Part shown: positions 40,858-52,828 of the stretch, piece after piece
Position numbering within the stretch: the stretch's first letter is position 1
Layout of the letters: each line of letters starts with the position of its first letter
Assembly: GCA_963801675.1 (NCBI GenBank)
Contig: CAWDFN010000001.1
Coordinates: forward strand, 3,862,884 to 3,926,883
Reading direction: 5' to 3'
Source: an uncultured Planctomycetia bacterium
GTDB taxonomy: Bacteria; Planctomycetota; Planctomycetia; Pirellulales; PALSA-1355
DNA: 64,000 nucleotides
The notes under the pieces: generated by a model
The model's input: only the letters and a program-made list of their open reading frames with translations
Databases searched by the model: none
Told to the model about the DNA's origin: nothing
Made by a program: the position numbers and the translations under genes

Positions 40858-41886
40858 TTACGCGGCCAACCGGCGCTGGCGGATCTGATCAACCGTCACG
40901 GCGGCCACGATGATCGATCCGACGATGATTTCCTGGATCGGATTGGGTTGTTGCAGCGCGGTGCAGCCACTGGATATTACTTGCATGATGAGCGCGCCGG
41001 TCAAGGTGCCCAAAATCGATCCCCGTCCGCCGTTGAGACTGCCGCCGCCGATCACCACCGCCGCGATGATCTGCAATTCCTTGCCGGTGCCGGAAGTCGG
41101 GTCGCCGATGGTCAGGCGGCCAAACTGCAATAATCCGGCCATGCCCACGAATAATCCGGCGATCGCGTAGACCAGGATTCGCGTCAGGGGCACGTTGATG
41201 CCGCACAGCCGGGCGGTCGACTCGTTCGACCCGACGGCGAACACGTGCCGGCCAAAAACGGTGTAGCGCAGTACGAGCGAAACCACGATTGCCAGAGCCA
41301 CCAGCAGCCATACGCCGGGCGAAAAGACCATCCATTCGTAGGGTGCCCGCGGAGTGGGCTGCAACAGGTCGCGCATCCAGGCCGGCACCTGCGCCGGCGC
41401 GGGTCGAACCATGGTGTTGTGGCCGATGAGCTTGGCGGTTCCCAGGTAGATCGTCATGGTGCCCAACGTCACGATAAACGGCACCACGCGCAGCAAGCTG
41501 ATGAGCGAGCCGTTGACGAAGCCGGCCACGCAGCCGATGCCCAGGCAGGCGGCCACGGCCACCGCGGGGGAATAGCCGTCGCGCAAGAACCAGGCCAGGA
41601 CCGTGCCGGCCAGCGCCATGGTCGTGCCGGCCGACAGGTCGATGCCGCCAGAGATGATGATCATCGTCATGCCCAGCGCCGCCACGGCCACCATGGCCGA
41701 CTGCACCAGCACGTTTTGCGCGTTCTTGAGCGTGGCGAACTTGCCGCCGTCGACTTGCAGGTTATCGGCGATCGTGAACATTCCGACGACCAGCACCAGC
41801 GCCAGAAAAGGCCCCACGACGCTGCGCAGAAAATTGCCGCCGCGCCGCGCCATGCCCAGGGCCGGTTCCGTGCTGGCTCGATTCAT
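40858..41886 (-). CDS. sugar ABC transporter permease (ribose/xylose RbsC-like)
   Basis: ATG 41886 overlaps the upstream stop (ATGA). 343 aa with [49 protein letters not shown] and [27 protein letters not shown]. Confidence 0.9.
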   Translation of the reverse strand: MNRASTEPALGMARRGGNFLRSVVGPFLALVLVVGMFTIADNLQVDGGKFATLKNAQNVLVQSAMVAVAALGMTMIIISGGIDLSAGTTMALAGTVLAWFLRDGYSPAVAVAACLGIGCVAGFVNGSLISLLRVVPFIVTLGTMTIYLGTAKLIGHNTMVRPAPAQVPAWMRDLLQPTPRAPYEWMVFSPGVWLLVALAIVVSLVLRYTVFGRHVFAVGSNESTARLCGINVPLTRILVYAIAGLFVGMAGLLQFGRLTIGDPTSGTGKELQIIAAVVIGGGSLNGGRGSILGTLTGALIMQVISSGCTALQQPNPIQEIIVGSIIVAAVTVDQIRQRRLAA

Positions 41887-43382
41887 TCGCTTGCTCGATC
41901 CACGCCCAATGCGCAGCTCAAGATCGACGCGCCGGTCCACTCGCGCGCCGGCCGAATCTCGCGCAGCCGGCCGCGGGCCATCACGGCCACGCGGTCGCAA
42001 ACGCTCAGCAGTTCGGTGAAATAGGAACTTACGAAGATAATCGCCTTGCCCTCGGCCGCCAACTGGGCCATCAGCCGATAAATCTCCGACTTCGTGCCCA
42101 CGTCGATGCCGCGCGTCGGCTCGTCGAGCAAGAGCACGTCGGCGTCCTGATGCAGCACGCGCGCCAGCGCCACCTTCTGCTGGTTGCCGCCCGAGAGGTG
42201 CTCGACGAGTTGCTCGCTCGAACGGGCTTTCACGTTGAGCCGTCGCATCCAGTCTTGCACGGCCGCGCGGCGTCGCCGCAGATTGAGCCATCCCAACCGG
42301 CTATAGGGGCCGAGCCGGCTGTAGGTGATGTTGTCGGCGATCGTTTCGCGCTGAGCCAATCCTTCGCCCTTGCGATCCTCGGAGACGAGTCCCATGCCGG
42401 CGGCGATGCGGGCATGCGGCGTCGCGCGGGGCGTCGTACCGAACATGCGCACACGGCCGCCGGCGATCGGGTCGAGCGCCAGCAGGCATCGCAGCAGCTC
42501 GGTGCGTCCGGCGCCGACCAGCCCGGCGATGCCCAGAATTTCGCCCCGCCGCAACTCGAACGACACGTCGCTGGGCGTCGTTCGGCCGGCCAGCGACTCG
42601 AGCGAGAGGATCACTTCGCCGGGAGTGTGATCGACCGAGGGGAACAATTCGTCAACGTTTCTGCCCACCATCAGCGAAACGATGTCGGCTTCGCTCGTGC
42701 CGGCCAGCGATCCTCCGCCCGCCACGGTTCCGTCGCGCAGCACCGTGTAGCGGTCGGCAACGCGGCGTATCTCTTCGAGGAAGTGGCTGATGTAAATGAC
42801 CGCCATACCCTGGGACTTAAGATTTCCGATGACGCGAAACAAGTTGTCGACGTCGTGTTGCGTCAAGGAGCTGGTCGGTTCGTCGAACACGATGACCTTG
42901 GCTTCGATGGCCAGCGCGCGGGCGATCTCGACTACTTGCTGATCAGCCACTGAAAGTTGTCCAACCGGAACATCCAACGACAGATCGGCACGGCCCAATC
43001 GTTCGAGCGCCCAGATCACGCGCGTGCGTTGTTCGGCGCGGCGCACCACGCCGAAGCGATGCCGTTCGCGGCCGAGCATCACGTTCTCGACGACGTTGAG
43101 CTCCGGCGCCAGCGTCAGCTCCTGGTAGATCATGGCCACTCCGACGGTGCGAGCGGCGTGCGGGCCTTTGGGAGCGTAGCGGCGGCCGGCCAGTTCCATC
43201 TGCCCACGATCGGGCGAGATCGCGCCGCTGAGGATCTTCATCAGCGTGCTTTTGCCGGCGCCGTTTTCGCCGATCAGCGCCAGAACTTCGCCGCCGCGGG
43301 CTTCAAGCGACACTCCGGCCAGCGCGTGCGTCGCGCCAAAGCTCTTGCCGATGTCGGCCATCCGCAGCAGCGCGGTTTGCAT
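41883..43382 (-). CDS. sugar ABC transporter ATP-binding protein (two ABC domains, RbsA-like)
   Basis: ATG 43382: [82 protein letters not shown]. The second domain has [14 protein letters not shown] and [32 protein letters not shown]. 499 aa and uninterrupted. Confidence 0.9.
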   Translation of the reverse strand: MQTALLRMADIGKSFGATHALAGVSLEARGGEVLALIGENGAGKSTLMKILSGAISPDRGQMELAGRRYAPKGPHAARTVGVAMIYQELTLAPELNVVENVMLGRERHRFGVVRRAEQRTRVIWALERLGRADLSLDVPVGQLSVADQQVVEIARALAIEAKVIVFDEPTSSLTQHDVDNLFRVIGNLKSQGMAVIYISHFLEEIRRVADRYTVLRDGTVAGGGSLAGTSEADIVSLMVGRNVDELFPSVDHTPGEVILSLESLAGRTTPSDVSFELRRGEILGIAGLVGAGRTELLRCLLALDPIAGGRVRMFGTTPRATPHARIAAGMGLVSEDRKGEGLAQRETIADNITYSRLGPYSRLGWLNLRRRRAAVQDWMRRLNVKARSSEQLVEHLSGGNQQKVALARVLHQDADVLLLDEPTRGIDVGTKSEIYRLMAQLAAEGKAIIFVSSYFTELLSVCDRVAVMARGRLREIRPAREWTGASILSCALGVDRASE

Positions 43383-43396
43383 GGGCGTCACGTGCG

Positions 43397-44402
43397 TCAA
43401 TCGGCTTGTTCGGGGTCGAGCAGCTTCTTCATTTCTGGGCTGTTCATGTTTTCGGGCGTGGCCATCACCTCGCCGGTGTTGATTCGCTTGTCGACCTTTT
43501 CTCCCCGCAAGTGCCCAACCAGGGCCTTGACGCTGAGATAGCCCATCGCCACGGGATCTTGCAGCACCAGGCCGTGGATTTTCCGTTCGGCCATCGCCGG
43601 CACCAGTTGCGGCCCGGGATCGAACCCGATGAACGTCACCTTGCCGGCCAGGCCTTCTTGCTCCAGCGCCCCCAGGACGCCCATCGTGTCGGGCTCGCAC
43701 ACCGAAAAGAAACCGTTGAGCTTGTCGCCGAATTGGTTGCAAAGCTGCAGGGCCTTGTTTTGCGCTTCCAAGGCGGTGGTGCCCGAGTATTGATCGTCCG
43801 ATAGTATTTTCATGTCGGGATACTCCTTGCGCAGAGTATCCAAAAACCCTTGTTCGCGCTGTTCGGTGCTCTCGCTGCCGACGTTGTAGCGCAGCAGGAT
43901 GACGTTGCCTTTGCCGTGCAGGCGGTTGCCGATTTCGCGCGCGGCCAGCGCCCCGCCGCGATAGTTGTCGGTGGCCACGTAGCTGACGATGATCGACTCG
44001 TCGGACAGGCCGCTGTCGAAGATGACGGTGGGAATGCCGGCGCTGCGAGCGTTGGCGACCGAGGGCACCAGCGCCGTCGAGTCCAAGGGGGCCAGGACGA
44101 TCCCGTCGACGCCCTGGGCGATGAAATCGCCGACGACGTTGATCTGGCCCTCGCGGTCGTTTTCCAGAAGGGCTCCCCTCCAGAGAATGTCGACGTTGCC
44201 CAGCTCGTCGCGCCGCCTTGAGCGCGCCGGCGTGAACCGACTTCCAAAACACGTGCGTCGTGCCCTTGGGAATGACCGCGATCCGAAAGTGTTTTTCACC
44301 GCTGGCGGTCGGTGCCGCAGGGGCCGGCGCGGGGGTCGGCGGATCGGAATTGCAACCGGCCGCGGCCAGCAGCAGAATCGCACTCAGAAGGTGGCGGTGC
44401 AT
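43397..44402 (-). pseudogene. sugar ABC transporter substrate-binding lipoprotein, one frameshift as sequenced
   Basis: MHRHLLSAILLLAAAGC (lipobox)...KHFRIAVIPKGTTHVFWKSVHAGALKAA is in the 44402 frame. From about 44210 it continues in ORF 43397..44383: ELGNVDILWRGALLENDREGQINVVGDFIAQGVDGIVLAPLDS...YVATDNYRGG... Confidence 0.85.
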
Positions 44403-44407
44403 GGCGG

Positions 44408-45595
44408 CTACGAGGGGCGGCGATGATTGTTGCCGCGCGAAGTGCCGCGTCCGCCGCGCCCACGGCCGCGCCCGCGCGGCGCGCCGGCCTTGGGATTTTT
44501 GGCGCGGGATTCCATGTTGACCGAAATGATGTAACCAATCGCTTCTTCCCAGGCGGGGATCGCGCGATGGCTGTTCTTGTCGAGCGAAGCCTCGCCGGCC
44601 TCCTCCTCGTCGCCGGCGTCGCCGCCACTGGTTACGCCCGCGTATTCTTCCGACTCGATATCCGTGTCGTCGTCGCTGCCGCGGTCTTCCGCGCTCATGT
44701 CGTCGGCGCCGTGTGCGTCGAGATCGCGATCGTCTTCGTCGGGAACGCGGTCAACCGCCTTCCTGGGCCGTTCACTACGGGGCTCGTCGCCGGCGCGCTG
44801 CTTGTCGCGGCCGCGTCCGGAGCCTCGTCGTCGGCGGCGCTTGGGTCGGCCCGTGCGCTCCCGTTCTTCGGTGGGCCCGGCCGTCGATGCTTCGTGCTCT
44901 TCGAGCGAGGGCGCGTCGGCTACCGCGTCGGAAGCGTCTCCGGAGTCATCGGCTGCTTCGCGCGAGGGTTCTGCATCGCCCGGCTGTCGCTCGCGCTTCG
45001 AGCGCCGTCCGCCGCGCCGGCGTCGTCGTCGCTTGCGGATGGGACGCTCTTCGTCGTCGACTCGCGAGGGCGGATTCAATCCTCCCGCTTCTTCGACCAG
45101 CTCGGCGTCGATGATGTCGTCGTCGCCAACCTCATCGGCGATGAATTCTTCGACGATCTCCCGGCGAAACGCTTCCGCGGGACCGGCGTCTGGCCGGCCG
45201 GCGTCCAGATGTCGCTGCTGCGGCTCGGGTGGGCGCTCGCGTTCGCCGCGGCGCTGTTGCGGTTCGCCGCGGCGCGGGGGTGGTTCGTGTCGGCGCTCGG
45301 GCTCGCGAGCCGGCGGACGCGGCTGGCGCGCCTCGGGCGGCCGTTCGCGCTGCGGTCGACTCTCGGCCGACGCGGCCGCCGGCTGAGATGGCTGGGTCGG
45401 AGCGATCCCCAATTGACTCGCCAGTTGACCCCAATCGGCGGCCGCTTGCGGGGCCGGTTTTTTGGCCGCCGCGGCCGGTCGAGCGGGTGGCGAAGGCGCT
45501 TTGGCCACGGGCTTTGCTTCAGAGGGGGGAGATTCGGCCGGCACTTCGGCGCCCAGTGACGACGCGATCGATTTCCAATGGTCGGGGTTACTCAT
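44408..45595 (-). CDS. highly charged, Arg/Glu/Asp/Pro-rich low-complexity protein with conserved-looking C-terminus
   Basis: ATG 45595: MSNPDHWKSIASSLGAEV... 395 aa dominated by R, E, D and P runs (RKRRRRRRGGRRSKRE, DDDTDIESEE). It ends NSHRAIPAWEEAIGYIISVNMESRAKNPKAGAPRGRGRGRGGRG. The upstream part of the 576-aa track ORF looks like shadow. Confidence 0.5.
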   Translation of the reverse strand: MSNPDHWKSIASSLGAEVPAESPPSEAKPVAKAPSPPARPAAAAKKPAPQAAADWGQLASQLGIAPTQPSQPAAASAESRPQRERPPEARQPRPPAREPERRHEPPPRRGEPQQRRGERERPPEPQQRHLDAGRPDAGPAEAFRREIVEEFIADEVGDDDIIDAELVEEAGGLNPPSRVDDEERPIRKRRRRRRGGRRSKRERQPGDAEPSREAADDSGDASDAVADAPSLEEHEASTAGPTEERERTGRPKRRRRRGSGRGRDKQRAGDEPRSERPRKAVDRVPDEDDRDLDAHGADDMSAEDRGSDDDTDIESEEYAGVTSGGDAGDEEEAGEASLDKNSHRAIPAWEEAIGYIISVNMESRAKNPKAGAPRGRGRGRGGRGTSRGNNHRRPS

Positions 45596-45835
45596 ATCGG
45601 GAATGTACCGAAGATTTCGAATTGCTGGGCTGAAACGAAAGACGCCGCCCGGTCCTACAAGAGCCTGTAGTATAGGGGCTCCCGCGGACGCTGGAAAGGT
45701 CGCTGGCCTCGACGCCGCGCGAGGCGAGCTTGGTCGCATGGCCCAGGCCGCCGTACAATTGAGCAATTGGCCGAGCGCGGCGACCTCCCGCTGTTCTCGA
45801 CTGCCGCCGAAAATCAGCACCCCGACAGGCTCAAG

Positions 45836-47075
45836 ATGGCTACTCTTCGTCCGGCTGAAAACCAGGACACGGCTGAATTCGTCGAGGACGTGCAAATCGC
45901 CGGCCACATCATCGACAGCCTGATCCTGCCCAAGGTGCTCGACCTGATCACCGCCGCCGGCGGCGCGTTTCGCATCAAGAAGATCACGATCGGCCAGGCC
46001 CGCAACGATCCCAGCTACGCGCTGGTCGAAGTTCGGGCCGCGACTGCCGAGCTGCTGAGCGACATCCTTGGCCAGATCGCCGATCACGGCGCCGTGCCCA
46101 CCGCGCAGCACGACTGCCAGCTCGGTCGCGGCCGACATGGACGGCGCTTTCCCGGAGGGCTTTTACAGCACGACCAACCAGCGCACCGAAGTTCGCCTCG
46201 GCGGGCAGTGGATCGAAGTGGCCGACCAGGAAATGGATTGCGGCATCGTCGTCGACCGCCAGACGCGCAGCGGCCCGCTGCGTGCCGATGACCGACGTCG
46301 TCCGCGGCACGCCGATCGTCGTCGGCCACGCCGGCGTGCGCGTGTTTCCCGAAGAGCGGTCGGCCGAGCGGCAAGTCGTTCGAGTTCATGGCCAGCACCG
46401 TCTCGACCGAGAAGCCCAAGGGGGTCGCCATCCGGCAGATCGCCCACGAGCTGTTCACGAACCGACGCGAGCGGCGGCAAGACGCTGCTGGTCGGCGGCC
46501 CGGCGATCGTGCACACCGGCAGCGGCGAGCACCTGTGCCAGCTGATTCGCGGCGGCTACGTCGACATGCTGTTCGCCGGCAACGCCCTGGCCACGCACGA
46601 CATCGAGCAGGCGCTGTTCGGCACCAGCCTGGGCGTGCACCTGGAGCGCGGCGATCTGGCCGAAGCGGGGCACGAGCATCATCTGCGGGCGATCAACCGC
46701 ATCCGCCGCGCCGGCGGCATCCGCCAGGCCGTCGAGACCGGGCGTGCTCACCTCGGGCATCATGTACGAGTGCGTCAAGCACGACGTCGATTTCCTGCTG
46801 GCCGGCAGCATCCGCGACGACGGGCCGCTGCCCGAGGTGATCACCGACGTGCTGGAAGCCCAGCGGCAGATGCGCGAGCAGATTCGCGGCGTCACGTTTT
46901 GCCTGATGATCGCCACGACGCTGCACTCGATCGCCGTCGGCAATCTGCTGCCGGCCTGGGTGAAGGTGGTCTGCGTCGACATCAATCCCTCGACGGTGAT
47001 CAAGCTGAACGACCGCGGCTCGTTCCAGACCGTCGGCCTGGTGACCGACGTCGAGCCGTTCCTGCGGGCGCTTGG
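45836..47075 (+). pseudogene. LOR/SDH conserved-region (TIGR00300-like) protein, multiply frameshifted; 3' end unresolved
   Basis: MATLRPAENQDTAEFVEDVQIAGHIIDSLILPKVLDLITAAGGAFRIKKITIGQARNDPSYALVEVRAATAELLSDILGQIADHGAV (45767 ORF). DMDGAFPEGFYSTTNQRTEVRLGGQWIEVADQEMDCGIVV (46068 ORF). [54 protein letters not shown]...[130 protein letters not shown] (46744 ORF). Confidence 0.75.
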
Positions 47076-47107
47076 TGCTGGAACTGGACGGCTCTGGAAC
47101 GCGACGC

Positions 47108-48097
47108 ATGAAACCGCCGGACGCCGCAGCCAGCCGCGCCTCGGCCATCGAACTGCCTGTCGCCCTGCCGCACATCCTGATGTGCCCGCCCGACTACTAC
47201 GGGATCGAGTACGAGATCAATCCCTGGATGAGCCGGCAGCGGCAGGCCGATCACGCGCAGGCCGTCGCGGCAGTGGACCGACTTGCGCGACGCTGCTCGA
47301 AGCAGGCCGGCGCGAAGATTTCGACTGCTGACGCCGGTGCCGGGCCTGCCCGACCTGGTGTTCACGGCCAACGCGGCCCTGATCTATTCGCGACGCGGCG
47401 GTGCTGGCTCGCTTCCGCCATCCGCAGCGGCAGGGCGAAGAGAGCCTACGACGAGGCCTGGCTGGCGGCGGCCGGCTTCGACGGTTCGCCATCTTGCCCG
47501 AGGACGTTTACTTCGAAGGGGCCGGCGACGCGCTGTTCTGCGGCGACACGCTGTTTGCCGGCTATCGCATTCGCAGCGACGCCCGCGGCCACCAGCAGAT
47601 CGGCGCGATGCTCGGCTGCCGCGTGATTCCGCTGGAGCTGGTCGATCCGCTACTACTACCACCTCGACACGTGCTTCTGCCCGCTGGCGCCGGGCGTGGC
47701 GATCTACTATCCCGCCGGCGTTCGACGACTACGGCCGCCGGGCCCTGGCCGAAGCGCGTCGACGAGTTGATCGCCGTCAGCGCCGACGAAGCCCAGCGCT
47801 TCGCCTGCAACGCGGTCGTGGTCGGCCGCACGGTGATCACCAACACCGGCTGCCCCGAGCTGCACGCAGCCGCTTCGCGATCGCGGCTTCGCGCCGCGCG
47901 AAACGCCGCTGGACGAGTTCGTCAAAGCCGGCGGCAGCGCCAAATGCCTGACGCTGCGGCTCGACGGCGAAGAGGCCGCCAGTTGGAAGCACGTCGGCGC
48001 ACACGAAGACGTCAGCGCCTGGAAGTTGACCGCCGCGTTCGTTACTGCTGCATCAACAACAGCGCTGTTGTCGGCCACGGTGAACAGCGGGCGGTAG
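47108..48097 (+). pseudogene. amidinotransferase-fold (guanidino-group modifying) enzyme, multiply frameshifted; possibly fused to the preceding gene
   Basis: [42 protein letters not shown] (47072 ORF). [21 protein letters not shown] (47283 ORF). LPEDVYFEGAGDALFCGDTLFAGYRIRSDARGHQQIGAMLGCRVIPLELVDP (47401 ORF). YYHLDTCFCPLAPGVAIYYP, ADEAQRFACNAVVVGRTVI, and the end EFVKAGGSAKCLTLRLDGEE (candidate catalytic Cys). Stop at 48095-48097 in that frame. Confidence 0.7.
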
Positions 48098-49378
48098 GGG
48101 CTGAAGCAGCCGTCGGGCACCTTGTGTCCGGGGTACCAGACCAGACTGAAGTTCACTCCCCACGTTTCCTTGATGGCGTTGGGGATCGTCGGGTCCTGCT
48201 TCGGCAGCAGGTAGTTGTACGCAGCCTGCAGAGCCCAAGTCTCCGAGAGAACCGCGGTGGCGTCGCTGCCGAACAGGACGTCGCCGTAGTTGGTCATGCC
48301 GATCCACATCCGGCCGAAGCCGCCATTGCAGAAGCGGCGGCGAAAGAACAGGTTGTACTGGTTGTTTGCTTGCCACGTGACGGTGCTTTGCTGCAAGAAC
48401 GAGGGCGCGGTTTGCGTATCGGTGTTGGTGTGAACGGCGGTCCAGAAACCGACTTCGTTGCAGTAGCGAAGATAGCTCAGTTCGGCCCGAATCTGCAGGA
48501 TGTTCATGCCGACGTAAAAATTGTCGCGCAGATAATCGAGCACGACGCCGGTTTGGAAGCCGTCGTTGCAGGTGGCGCGGCGAAACAATCCGCCGGTGAC
48601 GAAGTATTGATCGCGTTGGTGATTGACGACGCCGGCGCCGCCCTCGAAGTCGCTCACCGCGATGAGCGCGCCGATCTGAAAGCCGACGCTCAGGCTTTCC
48701 AAAAGGGGCGCGCCGTAGTTGATGCCTTTGTGAAAACCGAAATTCCCGTTCACGCCCAGGTCGACGGGGCTCTTGAAGGCTTGCACGCCGCCGAACTCGT
48801 TGAAGTTCTGCCAGGTCTGGGGTTGGAACAGGATCGAGTGGTGGTACCAATTGCGGATGCAGGGAAACAGGCGGTCATTGGGCTCGTCGCAGTCGTCGCC
48901 GCAATCGTCGTCAAACGGGCCTTCCATGGGATCGCCGAACTCGCCGCTCGGGGGCGGACCGTAGCCCCAGTCGCCCTCGACCGAGTCTTGCGGCATGCCG
49001 GGGGGCAGTTCTTCCATCGGCGGCCCGGCCGGTTTTCCCATCGTGATCGGCTCAGGCGCGCTGGTGCGCCACGAGCGGACGCGGCTGCGTGAGCTCGGCG
49101 CGATCGATTCGCCGGCGGGACGTTGCGCAACGCGCGTCCCGTAGCGTCGATCAAAATAGTTTCGCTTGCCAAGCGGCGCGCCGACCGCCTCGGAGGGCAC
49201 CATCATCGTCGGGGCCGGATCGGGCGACGAATACGACATACCACCCATGGCAACGCGGGGTTTCGCCTCATACTGAAACGCCTGGCCGCGGGCCGCGCAC
49301 CCCAAAGGCGCCGACGGCGCAAGCGCCGATCAGCAGCAGCAGGCTTTTCAAGATTCGTAGGCGCCAGGCGGTCGTCAT
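48053..49378 (-). pseudogene. secreted hypothetical protein with beta-barrel-like composition; frameshift near the signal peptide, 3' end uncertain
   Basis: ATG 49378 gives MTTAWRLRILKSLLLLIGACAVGAFG and then leaves frame near 49300. ORF 47707..49305 continues with QAFQYEAKPRVAMGG... and alternating aromatic/Gly segments (GVNGNFGFHKGINYGAPL, WGVNFSLVWYPG). That ORF stays open to 47707 antisense to the amidinotransferase, so the real stop is unclear. 48053 is only the nearest alternative-frame stop. Confidence 0.45.
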
Positions 49379-49564
49379 CGTTTACCCAGTTTCAAACCCC
49401 GCTGAGCTTCCGCCGCGCAAGGCGCGCGCAGAGCCGGAGCGATCCGAGACCATCTATCGGAATTCGCCTAACCGGAACTTCCGCTAAAATCGGAAAAGTT
49501 TCCCCAGCTATCCGAGTCCGCTCGGAGTGCTGGCGCCGGCTTGCTGGCGTGTACGCGTGGGTGG

Positions 49565-49682
49565 CCCAGACAACTTGTTGTCTGGGTCCCGAAGGGGCAA
49601 GAGGCTCTGGTGAGTTGCGCGGACCGCCGTTAAGCGCCTCTTATTGCTTCGCAACACTGACAACGAATTGTCGGTGCCACCC
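49565..49682. repeat. mosaic palindromic repeat, copy III (inverted orientation, arms abutted)
   Basis: CCCAGACAAC-TT-GTTGTCTGGG at 49565-49586. This is followed by the reverse complement of copy I modules (GGTCCCGAAGGGGCAAGAGG...GAGTTGCG and GCGCCTCTTATTGCTTCGCAACACTGACAACGAATTGTCGGTGCCACC). Confidence 0.8.
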
Positions 49683-49720
49683 CCAAAGGCTGTCCTGGGC
49701 GTCAATAAGGATAACCACAT

Positions 49721-50891
<1,171 letters not shown>

Positions 50892-50922
50892 GGCCGCTGG
50901 TGCCTTCCCACGTGACGTGCGT

Positions 50923-52141
<1,219 letters not shown>

Positions 52142-52213
52142 GGGTTGCTCCGACGCGCGGTTGGGTTTTCGGGCGCAACAGGAGGATGGATCTCGGAGAC
52201 TCGTTCAACGTGC

Positions 52214-52249
52214 AAAAAAAAACCGCGACCCTGCCCCAGGCAGTCGCGG
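52214..52249 (-). terminator. strong intrinsic (rho-independent) terminator
   Basis: The minus strand reads CCGCGAC-TGCCTGGGGCAGG-GTCGCGG followed by UUUUUUUUU. This is a 7-bp GC stem plus an inner 4-bp TGCC/GGCA stem, then nine U. It is the only such long U-tract hairpin I noticed in the window. Confidence 0.7.
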
Positions 52250-52440
52250 CTCACTCTGCAAGTTGAATCGTCTTCCGGCGAATACGCGCCGGAATGCGAT
52301 GGCACTTTAGCAGTCAGGCTGCAAGCGGCCGCAAATCCCAGGCCGCATTCTATCGTGTCACCAAGCCCAACGCAAGCAAGCGCGCCGACGCCTCGGGCTA
52401 CGTCGCGTCGTTCTGGCCACCCTCCGTCCACCCTCCGGCG
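52250..52440 (-). promoter_or_regulatory. candidate structured leader RNA upstream of the trans-sulfuration genes (class unknown)
   Basis: Minus-strand hairpins: GCGGCC-N10-GGCCGC (about 52346-52325), UUCCGGCG-CGUAUU-CGCCGGAA (about 52294-52273) and CGACGC-N13-GCGUCG (about 52411-52387). No credible ORF. It ends in the terminator 65-110 nt before the GTG 52141 start. Confidence 0.3.
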
Positions 52441-52507
52441 CAGCCCCGCCTTTTGACCCCGTGCACCGGCCGGCCGCCGGCCTGTCACGCCCCTTGCGGC
52501 GAGTGGG

Positions 52508-52816
52508 TCAGTCTGGAATCTTCCCGTGTAGTGCCCACGCCGGGTCGCGCCATGCCTTTTTCCTATCGATCCAGCGGATGGCGAGAAGGTCCGAAAGCGA
52601 CGCGCTGTAGAAGAATGCGTTGAAAGCCCATATTGCAGGGACGTTTAGATCGTGAGCGTTTGCCGCCGTCACCCTGATGATTGAGACGGCAATGCCAATC
52701 AACAGAAAGAACCAGGCATCGAGCGACATTTGCCTGCGGCTCTTCCAGCTGCGGTCTCTCCCTCGGCGCAGGACAACAACCCACCAAGGAAGTCTCAGAT
52801 GCGTGCCTTCGCTCAT
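52508..52816 (-). CDS. hypothetical small membrane protein (weak call)
   Basis: 102-aa ORF in a lower-GC patch with one clear hydrophobic segment, LDAWFFLLIGIAVSIIRV. No family recognised. Confidence 0.3.
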   Translation of the reverse strand: MSEGTHLRLPWWVVVLRRGRDRSWKSRRQMSLDAWFFLLIGIAVSIIRVTAANAHDLNVPAIWAFNAFFYSASLSDLLAIRWIDRKKAWRDPAWALHGKIPD

Positions 52817-52828
52817 GGGGCCATTATA

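Noticed and set aside
41883-44402. 839-aa ORF as one protein
   Set aside because: Only the last 499 codons (from ATG 43382) are the ABC ATPase. The upstream part is the binding-protein gene read in the wrong frame after its lipoprotein signal.
52250-52440. Definite SAM-I, SAM-IV or SAM-II riboswitch call
   Set aside because: Only scattered consensus-like fragments are present. I found no GCAACC element or a P1-P4 arrangement for SAM-I/IV. The 3' GCUAAAG does not provide the AAGC needed for a SAM-II pseudoknot with the GCUU loop. It is kept only as an unclassified candidate leader.
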